Source: Kofleriaceae bacterium
GTDB taxonomy: Bacteria > Myxococcota_A > Polyangia > Haliangiales > Haliangiaceae
DNA length: 64,000 nucleotides
Assembly (NCBI GenBank): GCA_965215005.1
Contig: CBDCCZ010000054.1
Coordinates: 96,001-160,000, forward strand
Direction: 5' to 3'
Numbering within the stretch: position 1 is the stretch's first letter; each line of letters begins with the position of its first letter. The position numbers and the translations under genes were made by a program. Below are positions 27,883 through 38,458 of this stretch, piece by piece. The notes beneath the pieces were generated by a model. It saw only the letters and a list, made by a program, of their open reading frames with translations, was not told the origin of the DNA and did not search any database.

Positions 27883-30275
27883 TGACTCAGATCCCCAACC
27901 TCCCCGTGCCTCTGCTTCCGCTTCGTCACGGGGCGATGTTTCCCGGCACGATGGTGGTTCTTCCGCTCGGGCGACCTCAGTCGCTCGCGTTAGCGGCTAC
28001 GATCGACGAAGGCGATCTCATCGTGGTCGCGGCGCAGCGAGATGCTCGCGTCGAAGATCCCGGCATCGCGGACCTCGTTCCCATTGCCGTCTTGGCCCGT
28101 GTCCTCCGCAAAACGCGCCAAGACAGCAATTTGGTGCAGCTCGCCGTCGAAGGTCAATGCCGCGTCCGCCTCGACACCTTGATCGCGTCACATCCATACT
28201 GGAAAGCTGGAATTTCAGCCTGCGACGAGCAGCATGCCACCAGCAGTGCGGCTATCGCGTTGGCCGAGACTCTTGCCGAGCGGGTCGCGAAGCTGTCGGC
28301 GAGCATTTCCGAAGATTTGCTTCGTCGACTTAGCTCGCCGGAAGCGCGAACCTGCCCAAGCCGGCTGGCGGATTTAGTGGCCGCGGCGCTGGGCCTCGCG
28401 GCAGAGAATGAGCTCGAGGTGCTCATCGAGCTCGACGTTGAAGAACGTCTGCGGCTCGTGCATCAGTTGATTACACAGGCCAAGGCGTACGCGGAGGTGA
28501 AGTCCAAGATTCATCGCGAGGTATCCAAGGAGCTCGGCAAGAATCAACGCGAGCACATTCTTCGCCAGCAGCTCGAGGCGATTCGCAAAGAGCTCGGCGA
28601 AACCGACAGCGGCGACGATGCGGTGGCGCGGCTCGTGAGCAAGCTCGAGGCCCTCGAGCTGCCGAGCGACGTTCGTAAGGTCGTGGACCGCGAGGTGGCG
28701 CGGCTCTCGAGCATGCCGCCCGGGCAACCCGAGCACAACGTGATCTTCAAGTACCTCGAGCTCATCGGCGAGCTGCCGTGGGGCACTCGCGCTCCGGTGC
28801 TCGAGGACATCGATCGCATCGCTGCGAAGCTCGATGAAGATCACTATGGTCTCGAAGAGGTCAAAAAGCGCATCCTCGAGCATCTCGCTGTCGCCAAGAT
28901 GACGCATGACCATCGTGGCGCCATTCTCTGCCTCGTCGGACCGCCCGGGGTCGGTAAGACCTCACTTGGGCAATCCATCGCCGACGCTACGGGGCGGCCA
29001 TTCGTCCGCGTAGCCCTGGGCGGGGTGCGCGACGAGGCGGAGATTCGCGGCCACAGGCGCACGTACGTGGGCGCCTTGCCCGGTCGAATCATCAACGCCC
29101 TACGTCGCGCCGAAGCCAAGAACGCGGTGGTGCTGCTCGATGAGATCGACAAGCTCGGACAGGGATGGATGGGCTCACCAGAGTCGGCTCTCCTCGAGGT
29201 TCTCGACCCCGAGCAGAATGGCACCTTCACTGATCACTATCTCGAGCTGCCGTTCGATCTGTCGGAGGTGCTGATTATCTGCACTGCCAACAGTCTCGAC
29301 ACGTTGTCGGGGCCGCTGCGCGACCGTCTCGAAATCATCGAGGTGCAGGGCTACACGGTCGAGGAAAAGCTGGCGATCGCGCGCCGCCATCTTCTGCCGA
29401 AGCAACTCGCCAAACATGGTCTCGAAAGCACGGTGGTCGAAGTGGCCGACGAAGCGCTCAGAGCTACGATTGCCGACTACACCCGCGAAGCCGGTGTTCG
29501 GCAGCTTACTCGCGAGCTGACCAAGATTTGTCGGGCACTGACCCTCGAGCTCGCCCGCCGTGTAAGTGATAGCAAGAGTCCTTCGTTGACCATCGCCGCT
29601 GACGACGTGGTGACTTATCTCGGTAAGCCCCGCTTCTTCAATGAAGTAGCTGAGCGGCTGCAGATTGCGGGTGTTGCGACCGGCCTCGCTTGGACACCAG
29701 TAGGCGGCGACATCCTGTTCGTCGAAACGTCGAGGATGCCCGGCAAAGGCCGCTTGGAGACCACCGGCCAGCTCGGCGACGTTATGAAAGAATCGGCGCG
29801 GGCAGCGCTTACCTATGTCCGAAGCCACGCCGAAGAGCTTGGGTTGGATCCGAGCTTTCTCGAGACGATGGATCTACACGTCCACGTCCCGGCGGGTGCG
29901 GTGCCCAAAGATGGGCCCTCTGCGGGTGTCACCATTTTCACTGCGCTTACCTCACTCATGACGGGACGGCGGGTTCGTCACGACACGGCGATGACCGGAG
30001 AATGCACGTTACGTGGGCGCGTGTTGCCGGTGGGAGGCATCAAGTCCAAGGTGCTTGCTGCGCATCGCGCGGGCCTCAAGCGAGTCATCCTGCCGGAGAA
30101 GAACCGTCGCGACCTCGACGACGTGCCCGCTGAGGTCAGAAACCAGCTCGACGTCATCTTTGCCAACGACATGAGTGAGGTGCTCGCGAGCGCGCTGGAG
30201 TGGGCCGAGCCGCTAAACGATCAGGCGCACGCACCCTCCGAATCGTTACCCCGCGTAACAATGCAGCTGGCGTAG
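27882..30275 (+). CDS. lon: ATP-dependent Lon protease
   Basis: LON N-domain; DHYGLEEVKKRILE; GPPGVGKT; RGHRRTYVGALPG; LDEIDK; PKDGPSAG (catalytic Ser); VGGIKSK (catalytic Lys). Confidence 0.97.
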   Translation: MTQIPNLPVPLLPLRHGAMFPGTMVVLPLGRPQSLALAATIDEGDLIVVAAQRDARVEDPGIADLVPIAVLARVLRKTRQDSNLVQLAVEGQCRVRLDTLIASHPYWKAGISACDEQHATSSAAIALAETLAERVAKLSASISEDLLRRLSSPEARTCPSRLADLVAAALGLAAENELEVLIELDVEERLRLVHQLITQAKAYAEVKSKIHREVSKELGKNQREHILRQQLEAIRKELGETDSGDDAVARLVSKLEALELPSDVRKVVDREVARLSSMPPGQPEHNVIFKYLELIGELPWGTRAPVLEDIDRIAAKLDEDHYGLEEVKKRILEHLAVAKMTHDHRGAILCLVGPPGVGKTSLGQSIADATGRPFVRVALGGVRDEAEIRGHRRTYVGALPGRIINALRRAEAKNAVVLLDEIDKLGQGWMGSPESALLEVLDPEQNGTFTDHYLELPFDLSEVLIICTANSLDTLSGPLRDRLEIIEVQGYTVEEKLAIARRHLLPKQLAKHGLESTVVEVADEALRATIADYTREAGVRQLTRELTKICRALTLELARRVSDSKSPSLTIAADDVVTYLGKPRFFNEVAERLQIAGVATGLAWTPVGGDILFVETSRMPGKGRLETTGQLGDVMKESARAALTYVRSHAEELGLDPSFLETMDLHVHVPAGAVPKDGPSAGVTIFTALTSLMTGRRVRHDTAMTGECTLRGRVLPVGGIKSKVLAAHRAGLKRVILPEKNRRDLDDVPAEVRNQLDVIFANDMSEVLASALEWAEPLNDQAHAPSESLPRVTMQLA

Positions 30276-30828
30276 AGCGTCTCGAGAGGGGCCGCCGCAA
30301 TCGTGGTGGCTCCTCCTCCTCGTGCAGACATTCTCCTGGTGCTCGCAAATGTGAACCTCGTCGCTACGCCCTCTGCGCTTGCAGCAGTCCGGCGGACGCG
30401 CGCGGTAAGGAGGGCATTACCGCTTCGCCGTAACACCCGCACTTGCCAATACCTGTATTGCAAGCAATCAAGTGCAGCGTTGTAGCGTCACGTCTAACGA
30501 CGGCACCGACACCAGCCCACCTCGCGTTGCTAGGAGTGGCTCGACCCTTGCGTTATGCATCGAGGGTCGCGGCCACGATAACGACGCGTTCACCGCGACG
30601 TTTGCTCGCCAAACAAGTCACTGCTGTCGGGCGAATTCGCGAGGTTAGCGCGCGGGAGTAGAGGCCTTGGCTGCATTGTGCGACCGCGAAGGCACGACCA
30701 CCTCGAGTGCGGCGAGCCCCGCAAACCTTTGCCGCTGGGTACACGCCGAGGTGACGCACCCCGCGGGCGAGGCGCTATTCGTGGCGAAATCGCGGTAAGC
30801 TCGCGAGGAGCAGCGCCCCGGAGCGTCG

Positions 30829-31926
<1,098 letters not shown>

Positions 31927-32052
31927 GTCGCGCGAGCCGAGCGCAACCCGCACGGCTGGTAGGCAGCTCCTCCACTAACCTACAGCCAGAAAAACTAGTG
32001 CCCCGTGCGAAAACAGTAGCAAAGCAACTGGAGGCTGGGTACCTTCTCGCAC

Positions 32053-32538
32053 ATGCGGCGTACTGAACTATTGATCGTGGCAAGTTTCGGTCTCGCAGCG
32101 AGTGGGTGCGCAAGCGAGGCACTTTCTACTCAAACCGCGGAACAGCGCATCGTCGGTGAAACCGACAGCGGACTGCTCATGGAGGGTGTGGTTGCGCAGG
32201 ACGAGGCGCATCTGTATCAGCTCACATTGCCAGAAGACGTGGACGGTGACGGCGCGGATGTCGTGATCGAGATGACGGGTGACGGCGACGCGGACCTCTA
32301 CACCAACTTCATCGTGACTCCGAGCGATGAATCCTTCGCCTGCCGGCCGTACCGCGAAGGCAGCGACGAAACCTGCCTACACGTCCAGCAAGACGACCAA
32401 ACCCTCTATGTCATGGTGAGAGGTTGGGAGCCGGCCAGTGCTTACCAGCTCATGGCCAGCAGCACGGACGGACCGATCGTAGCTGACGGGATCGGTACCA
32501 GCCCCGCCTGCATCGGCGTTGGCTGCGTCCAAGAGTAA
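32053..32538 (+). CDS. Lipoprotein with a PPC (pre-peptidase C-terminal) domain
   Basis: Lipobox ASGC; GDGDADLY...P....ACRPY..GSDETC...YVMVRG. Confidence 0.78.
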   Translation: MRRTELLIVASFGLAASGCASEALSTQTAEQRIVGETDSGLLMEGVVAQDEAHLYQLTLPEDVDGDGADVVIEMTGDGDADLYTNFIVTPSDESFACRPYREGSDETCLHVQQDDQTLYVMVRGWEPASAYQLMASSTDGPIVADGIGTSPACIGVGCVQE

Positions 32539-32642
32539 AGCAGCAGTCGCTCGGGGAGATGCTGAAGGGGGCGCGTGGGTAGCAGAAACTGCCGCCCTTG
32601 CGCCGCATTTCTGAGCCATGAATCCCGCGGGCGGCGTGCTAG
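32537..32642. repeat. Dispersed element copy (module A, inverted relative to copy 1), filling a convergent intergenic gap
   Basis: aaagcagcagtcgctcggggagatgctgaagggggcgcgtgggtagcagaaactgccgcccttg...aatcccgcgg..ctag aligns to the reverse complement of 4756-4874. Confidence 0.8.
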
Positions 32643-32932
32643 TGCTTCTCTGGAAGTTCTTCTTCTTCTGCGCTCTGCAGCGTGGTCCGAATTGCTTCCG
32701 CGACTCGGCGCCGGCGCTTTTCCTTAGCGTCTGAAACGATCTGAGAGATGTCGCCCACCAAACGCGCGAGCCTCTCGTTGTCGTGCTGCATGCGCGTGGC
32801 CTCTTCCAGCAGCCATTCGAGATCTGCGATTGCTGCATGCCAGTCGTCGCTGGTTGGCTGCCCCGTGATTAACGCGTTGCGTCGCTTGTCTTGCCGCGCG
32901 CGCACGCCCTCCAAGGTCGTCGGATCCATCAT
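32639..32932 (-). CDS. Small coiled-coil hypothetical protein
   Basis: Amphipathic ORF; its TAG stop lies within the CTAG end of the repeat. Confidence 0.55.
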   Translation of the reverse strand: MMDPTTLEGVRARQDKRRNALITGQPTSDDWHAAIADLEWLLEEATRMQHDNERLARLVGDISQIVSDAKEKRRRRVAEAIRTTLQSAEEEELPEKH

Positions 32933-33092
32933 CTCTAGATGTGAGCTGCTCAAGGCGTTGCGGCAACCGAAGCGCTACGATGGTGGCGTAAGGGCTTCTA
33001 GGTGCGGCTTTACCGTCCCACGGTCTCTCTAGGACGACTTGCACCGCTGCGCTACACTCGCGCCGCCGTCTCGACGATTCGCGTTGCTCTAC

Positions 33093-33132
33093 GGCGGATT
33101 TCTGCGTCATGAGTCCCGCGGCGGCGCTCTAG
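33093..33132. repeat. Partial copy of the module A end
   Basis: ggcggatttctgcgtcat is identical (18/18) to the reverse complement of 4778-4795, followed by tcccgcggcg..ctag. Confidence 0.7.
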
Positions 33133-33497
33133 TCGGGGCAGCCATCGGGGGACGCTGTGCCTGGCAGCTCCGCCTCTTGCGGGCAATTATCGACCACGTC
33201 TGCCAAGCCGTCGCCATCGCTATCGACGGAGGGACATCCTTCGAGACCGGGTCGACTTTTGTCATGCGCAGCGAGGTTGGGGCATTTGTCTTCGCCGGCA
33301 ACCACCGCGTCTCCGTCACCGTCGGTCACCGAGCGAGGGTGTGCAGGATCGGGATTAGGTGGCGGCGGTATGTTGTCATCGGCTTCGAACGAGGTCGTGT
33401 TGGCCGGCAGAATCGGCTCTTGCGGACTTGGCTCGGCAGGAGCCTTGTAAGGCGTAGAGCAGCCGGTGAGCGAGAGAACCATCGCCATTGCCAGCAT
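33129..33497 (-). CDS. Lipoprotein with thrombospondin type-3-like Ca-binding repeats
   Basis: Lipobox LTGC; DGDGD..D.CP..GCP and DSDGDGLADVVDNCP..DGCPD. Confidence 0.7.
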   Translation of the reverse strand: MLAMAMVLSLTGCSTPYKAPAEPSPQEPILPANTTSFEADDNIPPPPNPDPAHPRSVTDGDGDAVVAGEDKCPNLAAHDKSRPGLEGCPSVDSDGDGLADVVDNCPQEAELPGTASPDGCPD

Positions 33498-33573
33498 ACT
33501 GGTTATTCGGGACCGTTCGCAGAGGAGCCGCGCGGCGATGATGTTCTGAATGAGGGCCATCCGCTGAAGCGTC

Positions 33574-33590
33574 AGCATCCGTTGTGCCAA
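33574..33590 (-). promoter_or_regulatory. Putative sigma54 promoter
   Basis: Minus strand TTGGCACaacggATGCT (GG-N10-GC), about 77 bp upstream of ATG 33497. Confidence 0.6.
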
Positions 33591-33681
33591 TTATCACGAG
33601 GAGCTCGTGGGGCCGCACGACGAGCTCTAGGCGCGATGTGCCGGCCGCAACGTCACCGCGTGAACCGGAAGGCTTCGCAGC

Positions 33682-34677
33682 TCATAGCTTAGCGTCGAGC
33701 TCCCCGAGCGCGTCGTCGAGCTCATCGACGTCTCGCACGACCCGCACCGAGTCCTCCAGACCGCAGGCCGCTGCTGCGGCGGCATAGTGCGCTTCTTCGT
33801 GCGGACTCACTACGATGGCCATGGGCATTGCGAGGCGACGTAGCGTGCTTTCGAGCGCCACCGCGGCCGGCGCTCGATGAGCTCGATATCCGGCCTCGGC
33901 AAACAGATGCCGGTAACGTTCCGTGGTGACGAGCACGTCCACGTCGCGACGCCGCTCGAGCTTGCTCAGGTAACCTTCCAGTGCTGCCACAAAAGGCGCC
34001 GGTGGCGTCACGAACTCCACGCCGACCCCCGCGACGCGATTTCCGACGTACGCAGCAATGTCATCGAGCGTGAAGGTCACGCGTCCGTCGACGCGGTAGC
34101 GCCCATGCTCAGGAATCTCGACTTCGAGCTGGAGCCGATTTGCTGGCTCGAGCGTTGCGCCGCCGCGCAAAAAGAGGCCGCCGATCGAGAGATCGCACGC
34201 CGCATCGGACCGCCGCTGGCTGCCGCATTGATAGCGTACCGGCAGCCACACGCGCCAACGCGAATGTTTGCGGCGTTGCTCGGGCGCGTCGAGCGTTGCC
34301 GAGCCGCGGGCGAACAGCGCCTCCAAGTGCTCGCGCTGCAGGCCTTCGACGGCGCGCTCGAGCTCAGCGCGACCCACCGGCTTGGGCAACACGCGTCCGA
34401 GCAAGAGTGCCTCGGCAACGAGGGCACTGCTCGGATCGCTGCCGGTGCAGAACAAGATTGGTACCCGCGGAGCGACATCGCGAATCGCTCGTGCGAGCTC
34501 GACCCCATCCATGATGGGCATGTCGATGTCGCTCACGACGGCGTCGATATCGCTGTCAAACCGTTCGAGCGCGTCTGCCGGATGCTCCGAGAGAACCACC
34601 TCATGGCCGAGGCGCTGCAGCATGCGGCCGAGCATGGCCGCAACCTGACGCTCATCATCGACTACCAACACTTTCAT
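33682..34677 (-). CDS. Response regulator receiver plus PilZ domain protein
   Basis: AGGAG RBS; VLVVDD..SDIDMP..KP; PilZ motifs RRKHSR and DLSIGG. Confidence 0.85.
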   Translation of the reverse strand: MKVLVVDDERQVAAMLGRMLQRLGHEVVLSEHPADALERFDSDIDAVVSDIDMPIMDGVELARAIRDVAPRVPILFCTGSDPSSALVAEALLLGRVLPKPVGRAELERAVEGLQREHLEALFARGSATLDAPEQRRKHSRWRVWLPVRYQCGSQRRSDAACDLSIGGLFLRGGATLEPANRLQLEVEIPEHGRYRVDGRVTFTLDDIAAYVGNRVAGVGVEFVTPPAPFVAALEGYLSKLERRRDVDVLVTTERYRHLFAEAGYRAHRAPAAVALESTLRRLAMPMAIVVSPHEEAHYAAAAAACGLEDSVRVVRDVDELDDALGELDAKL

Positions 34678-34985
34678 GTGCGACTCCTGCGCAGACCTAG
34701 TCCGGCCGCGACTCGCTCCCAATGCACAGCATGTTACGTGCCTTGGGACCGTAGATGGAATTTCGGAGCTTTACTGCCGTAACTGAAGTGTGGGTGCAAC
34801 TGTTTTTTACAGCGATAGGCAAGTTTGGTTTACGGCGTCGAGCAAGCGCAATCTGCAGCGATTGCAACGCGACGGCCATCACATGAGCAGATGTGAGCAA
34901 GGCCGGCGTGATAGCCGCTATGGCGTCTGCGCGGCATTCACTCTATCTTGGTAGGTTCAACATGGTGATCGAAGGCAATGCATCC

Positions 34986-36863
34986 ATGCGCAAGCAAGTA
35001 CGTTTGATTTGGCTATCGATCGCGTTCGCATCGTTGGCGATTGGTTGTGGCGATGAAGCCGGAAGCGGCGGCGACGGCGGTGGCGGAGAACCAGTCTTGC
35101 AGAGCATCGCCGTCGAGCCTGAGAACGCGACCTTGATCATCGATGGCGACGTTGCGGCGACGGAACAGTATCGAGCGGTGGGAACCTACTCCGATGGCGC
35201 GACCCGCGATATCAGCGATGAGGTCACGTTCTTCGTCGACGACGTGGAGCTCGGGCGCTTCGACGGCGCCACGTTCACCAGCGATGTTCGTAAGGGCGGA
35301 CAAACCACCGTCCGCGCGACCCACGATAGCGTTTCAGGCTTGGCAGTGCTCACGCTGGTGATCCGCCAGCGCCACGGTGATCCCCAAGCGACCGACTTGC
35401 CGACCGATCCTGCGGCGCCTTTCGAAGGACCGGCAGACCCAGATCGTGCACCGAGCTTGGTATATCCGGCTGACGGCGTGCTGCTGCCACCAAATCTCGA
35501 GGCGCTCGAGGTTCATTTCATGCCGGGCCTTGAGAACACCTTGTTCGAGCTCTCGTTTGCGAGCGAGTACACCGATGTAAAGGTGTTTACGCGCTGCGTG
35601 ATGCCGCTCAACGGCGGTTGCATCTACACCCCCGACGAAGACGTTTGGCGCTGGATCGCAGAGTCGAACCGCGGCTCCAATCCGCTCACGGTGAGCGTCC
35701 GAGGAACCGATGACGCGGGCACCGCGGTCGGTAGCTCGGAATCCTTGTCGGTCTCGTTCTCACAAGACAACATCGACGGAGGCATCTACTACTGGACCAC
35801 GTCGAGCACGGCAGACAGCGCCACGGCCATCATGCGCTATGACTTTGGTGCCGACACTCGCGTTCCGCCGGAGCGGTTCATCGGTACCGAGATGACAAAC
35901 TCCAACTGCGTGGGCTGCCATGCGCTGTCGCCAAATGGTGAGAGCATGGTCGTGGCGTCCGATGCCTCGTTTGGTGCGCTGGTGCTGCTGCTAGACGTCT
36001 CTACCAAGACGGCGAAAGTACCCTTTGGCTCGTCACCGCGCAGCGCGTTCTCATCGTGGAATCCTGAGGGAAGCCAGTACGTGGGCGTGTTTGCCAACGA
36101 TGCAGTCGATGGCTTCTTGAGTTGGAACCTCAACCTCTTCGATGGCGAGACCGGAGCGAGTGTAGGCACGATCGACGTCGGGGGCACCAAAGCAACTCCA
36201 GCAAGCCATCCAGACTGGTCACCTACCGGCGATGCCATTGCCTACACGCGCGTCGGGCAAACTCGTGAGGAGCGCATCTCGCTAGCCCGGGACATTTACG
36301 AGAACTCGCTGCGGGTGGTCACTAGAGACGGCAATGGCCAGTGGTCGGCGCCGGTGGAGCTGACCGCGGCAGTCACCGGCGAGAGCACGCACTATCCGAC
36401 GTTCTCTCCGTCTGGTGAGCTGCTGGCGTACAACCGCTCCGTCTGCGCCGACGGAGCAAACGGTGTCGACTGCGACGCGTATGACGATCCGGGCGCGGCG
36501 CTGTGGATCATGGAGCCCACTGCCGGCGCTGAGCCAATCAGCATGGCTCGTGCCGACGCTCCGGGCACCACTGATACCGCAGCGGTGGTGCAAAACTCGT
36601 ATCCGAAGTGGTCTCCGTTCACGTTTCGGCGCAGTGGCGAGATGGGCTCTCGGCTGCACTGGATAACCTTCTCGTCCAATCGCAACTATGGCCTACGCAC
36701 GCCGCCTGCGGGCAACACGTTGATCTGGATGGCCGCCATCGATCCCGATGCGGCTCTGCGCGGAGAAGATCCGAGCTTCACCGCCTTCGCGTTGCCCTTC
36801 CAAGATCTTGCAACCGACAATCACACCGCGCAGTGGACCCAAGAGATCATCTCGATCGAGTGA
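34986..36863 (+). CDS. TolB/PD40 beta-propeller lipoprotein with an Ig-like domain and one CxxCH motif
   Basis: Lipobox AIGC; Big-2-like LQSIAVEP..A.GTYSDG..DIS; CVGCH; HPDWSP, YPTFSP, YPKWSP repeats; FSSNRNYG. Confidence 0.8.
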   Translation: MRKQVRLIWLSIAFASLAIGCGDEAGSGGDGGGGEPVLQSIAVEPENATLIIDGDVAATEQYRAVGTYSDGATRDISDEVTFFVDDVELGRFDGATFTSDVRKGGQTTVRATHDSVSGLAVLTLVIRQRHGDPQATDLPTDPAAPFEGPADPDRAPSLVYPADGVLLPPNLEALEVHFMPGLENTLFELSFASEYTDVKVFTRCVMPLNGGCIYTPDEDVWRWIAESNRGSNPLTVSVRGTDDAGTAVGSSESLSVSFSQDNIDGGIYYWTTSSTADSATAIMRYDFGADTRVPPERFIGTEMTNSNCVGCHALSPNGESMVVASDASFGALVLLLDVSTKTAKVPFGSSPRSAFSSWNPEGSQYVGVFANDAVDGFLSWNLNLFDGETGASVGTIDVGGTKATPASHPDWSPTGDAIAYTRVGQTREERISLARDIYENSLRVVTRDGNGQWSAPVELTAAVTGESTHYPTFSPSGELLAYNRSVCADGANGVDCDAYDDPGAALWIMEPTAGAEPISMARADAPGTTDTAAVVQNSYPKWSPFTFRRSGEMGSRLHWITFSSNRNYGLRTPPAGNTLIWMAAIDPDAALRGEDPSFTAFALPFQDLATDNHTAQWTQEIISIE

Positions 36864-37473
36864 GCGCGCTCGGCAGTGGCTGCCAGCCGCTGCTGGTTTG
36901 CTCAAACACGTAGAGGCCGCCGGAATCGAGGCCGACAGCATCACGCTCGGCAGCTCCAATCGCCAACAGTCCATTGCTGAGTGCTACGGCGCTCCCGAAC
37001 CTGTCTTCAGCGATAGGCTCGGGAGCTATGATCCGCGCGCCTTCGTCCCAGCCTTCGGGGCCGCGCGAAAAGACATACACCGCACCCGCATCGCGGACCA
37101 AGCCGAGGTCCACGTCGGGCGCGCCCACTACCAAGACATCGCCGGCAACCGCAAGCGCGGCCCCGAAGTTGTCTTGTGGCCGCGCGTCCGGGGCGAGCAG
37201 CTCGCCAGTCATCATCCAGACTCCGGCTTCGCGCCGGAATAGGGTCACCGAGCCGGCGTCGCGGCCGGCCACCGTGTCGTCGTTGGGAACACCAACTAAC
37301 AGCGACTCCCCATCGAATGCGACCGCTGCGCCAAACCGATCGAGTGGCGCGGTGGTATCGCCCGCGAGCACCGGATCGGCGACGGGAACCGCGGCATCCA
37401 TTCTCGCATCTGTCGAATCGTCGCAACCGCTCACGACCAGTGTCGTCAAGACCATCAGCGTTCTCGTCTGCAC
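36847..37473 (-). CDS. FG-GAP repeat lipoprotein (only three repeats, possibly truncated)
   Basis: Lipobox VSGC; DRFGAAVA..LLVGVP..AGSV, DNFGAALA..VGAP..AGAVYVF, DRFGSAVAL..IGA. Confidence 0.75.
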   Translation of the reverse strand: MQTRTLMVLTTLVVSGCDDSTDARMDAAVPVADPVLAGDTTAPLDRFGAAVAFDGESLLVGVPNDDTVAGRDAGSVTLFRREAGVWMMTGELLAPDARPQDNFGAALAVAGDVLVVGAPDVDLGLVRDAGAVYVFSRGPEGWDEGARIIAPEPIAEDRFGSAVALSNGLLAIGAAERDAVGLDSGGLYVFEQTSSGWQPLPSALTRSR

Positions 37474-37583
37474 ACTTGCTACGGTAGCAGCCGGCGCGGC
37501 ACCTGCGCAGGTTAGTGACCGCGTGCCACAGCGGCGCTGCTAGTAAGCTCGTCCCAGCCGGAGGCGACGCTAGCGCCGGCCAC

Positions 37584-38072
37584 TCACGAGAGCTCGGTAA
37601 TGTGGAGGTTGCGGACGCCGCGGGGCGTCCGAAGGTCTAGCTCATCGTCAAGGTGCTTGCCGATGAGCGCGCGGCCGAGGGGCGAGCCGCTGGTGATCAC
37701 TGCGATGCGTTCGCCGTGGAGGTCGAGCTCGAGACCGCCGCCGGCCGGAGCCAAAAAGTACGACCGCTCGTCGTCCGCCTCGTCGGTTACCGTCACGAGC
37801 GCGCCTAAGGCGATTGCCTCGTCGGCGGTGAATGAGCGTGGGCGAAACGCCGCCAGCTGCACAGCCGCGAGCTCGAGCTCATGAACCCGTTTTGCCAGCC
37901 CGCGGGCGAGATAACTGGCCTCGAGAGCACGAGTGTCCTTGTCGTTTTCCGGCTTGGCCTCTTCGTGGGTCGCGCCACTGTGCGCATCTTTCTGCGACGC
38001 GGTGGCTGCTGACAGGTCGTGAGCGATGCGCTGGCGCAGCGTGTCGAGCAGGGCGAGCTTGTCTCGGCGCAT
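37584..38072 (-). CDS. GreA/GreB-related transcription factor
   Basis: ATHEEAKPENDKDTRALEASYLARG; IALGALV; SPLGRALIGK. Confidence 0.85.
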   Translation of the reverse strand: MRRDKLALLDTLRQRIAHDLSAATASQKDAHSGATHEEAKPENDKDTRALEASYLARGLAKRVHELELAAVQLAAFRPRSFTADEAIALGALVTVTDEADDERSYFLAPAGGGLELDLHGERIAVITSGSPLGRALIGKHLDDELDLRTPRGVRNLHITELS

Positions 38073-38088
38073 GAAAGACGCGTTGCCT

Positions 38089-38388
38089 CTACTCGACCGC
38101 CGCCGCGATATCGGCCGCCGCTACGCCTTTTTCTATCATGCAGTTGGTGGCCTTCTCGGTGGCCTTCTGCAGCGACTCGGCCGCGCTCTTCGAAACTTTC
38201 TTTTCTTTGTTCTTAGCGACGAACGCCTCGAACTCCTCGAGCTTGGCCTCAGCGCACTCCTGATCACCGCACGCGCACGCTGCATCGGCGAGCAGCTCCA
38301 TGTCCTTTGCGAGCTGGTCATCGCCGCAGCTGGCGGTGGCGAGAAGCGCGAGACCCATGAGTAGTAGCGCGGAGCGGATGTTCTTCAC
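38089..38388 (-). CDS. Small Cys-containing lipoprotein
   Basis: GAGG RBS; lipobox TASC; ACACGDQECA. Confidence 0.7.
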   Translation of the reverse strand: MKNIRSALLLMGLALLATASCGDDQLAKDMELLADAACACGDQECAEAKLEEFEAFVAKNKEKKVSKSAAESLQKATEKATNCMIEKGVAAADIAAAVE

Positions 38389-38458
38389 TTGGTCCTCGAT
38401 TCGCTATGGTTGAGCAATGGGCTAGCAACCGGTGCGCCGAGTGTAAACCGAAGTGAGC

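Noticed and set aside
30492..30650. Integron attC-like boxes (GTCTAAC...GTTATGC/GTTAGC; also 27595-27799)
   Set aside because: R boxes are not complementary, there are no L boxes, no cassette array and no integrase
37540..37573. Another 34-bp CTAG-to-CTAG segment
   Set aside because: No sequence similarity to module B and poor pairing; the length match is probably chance
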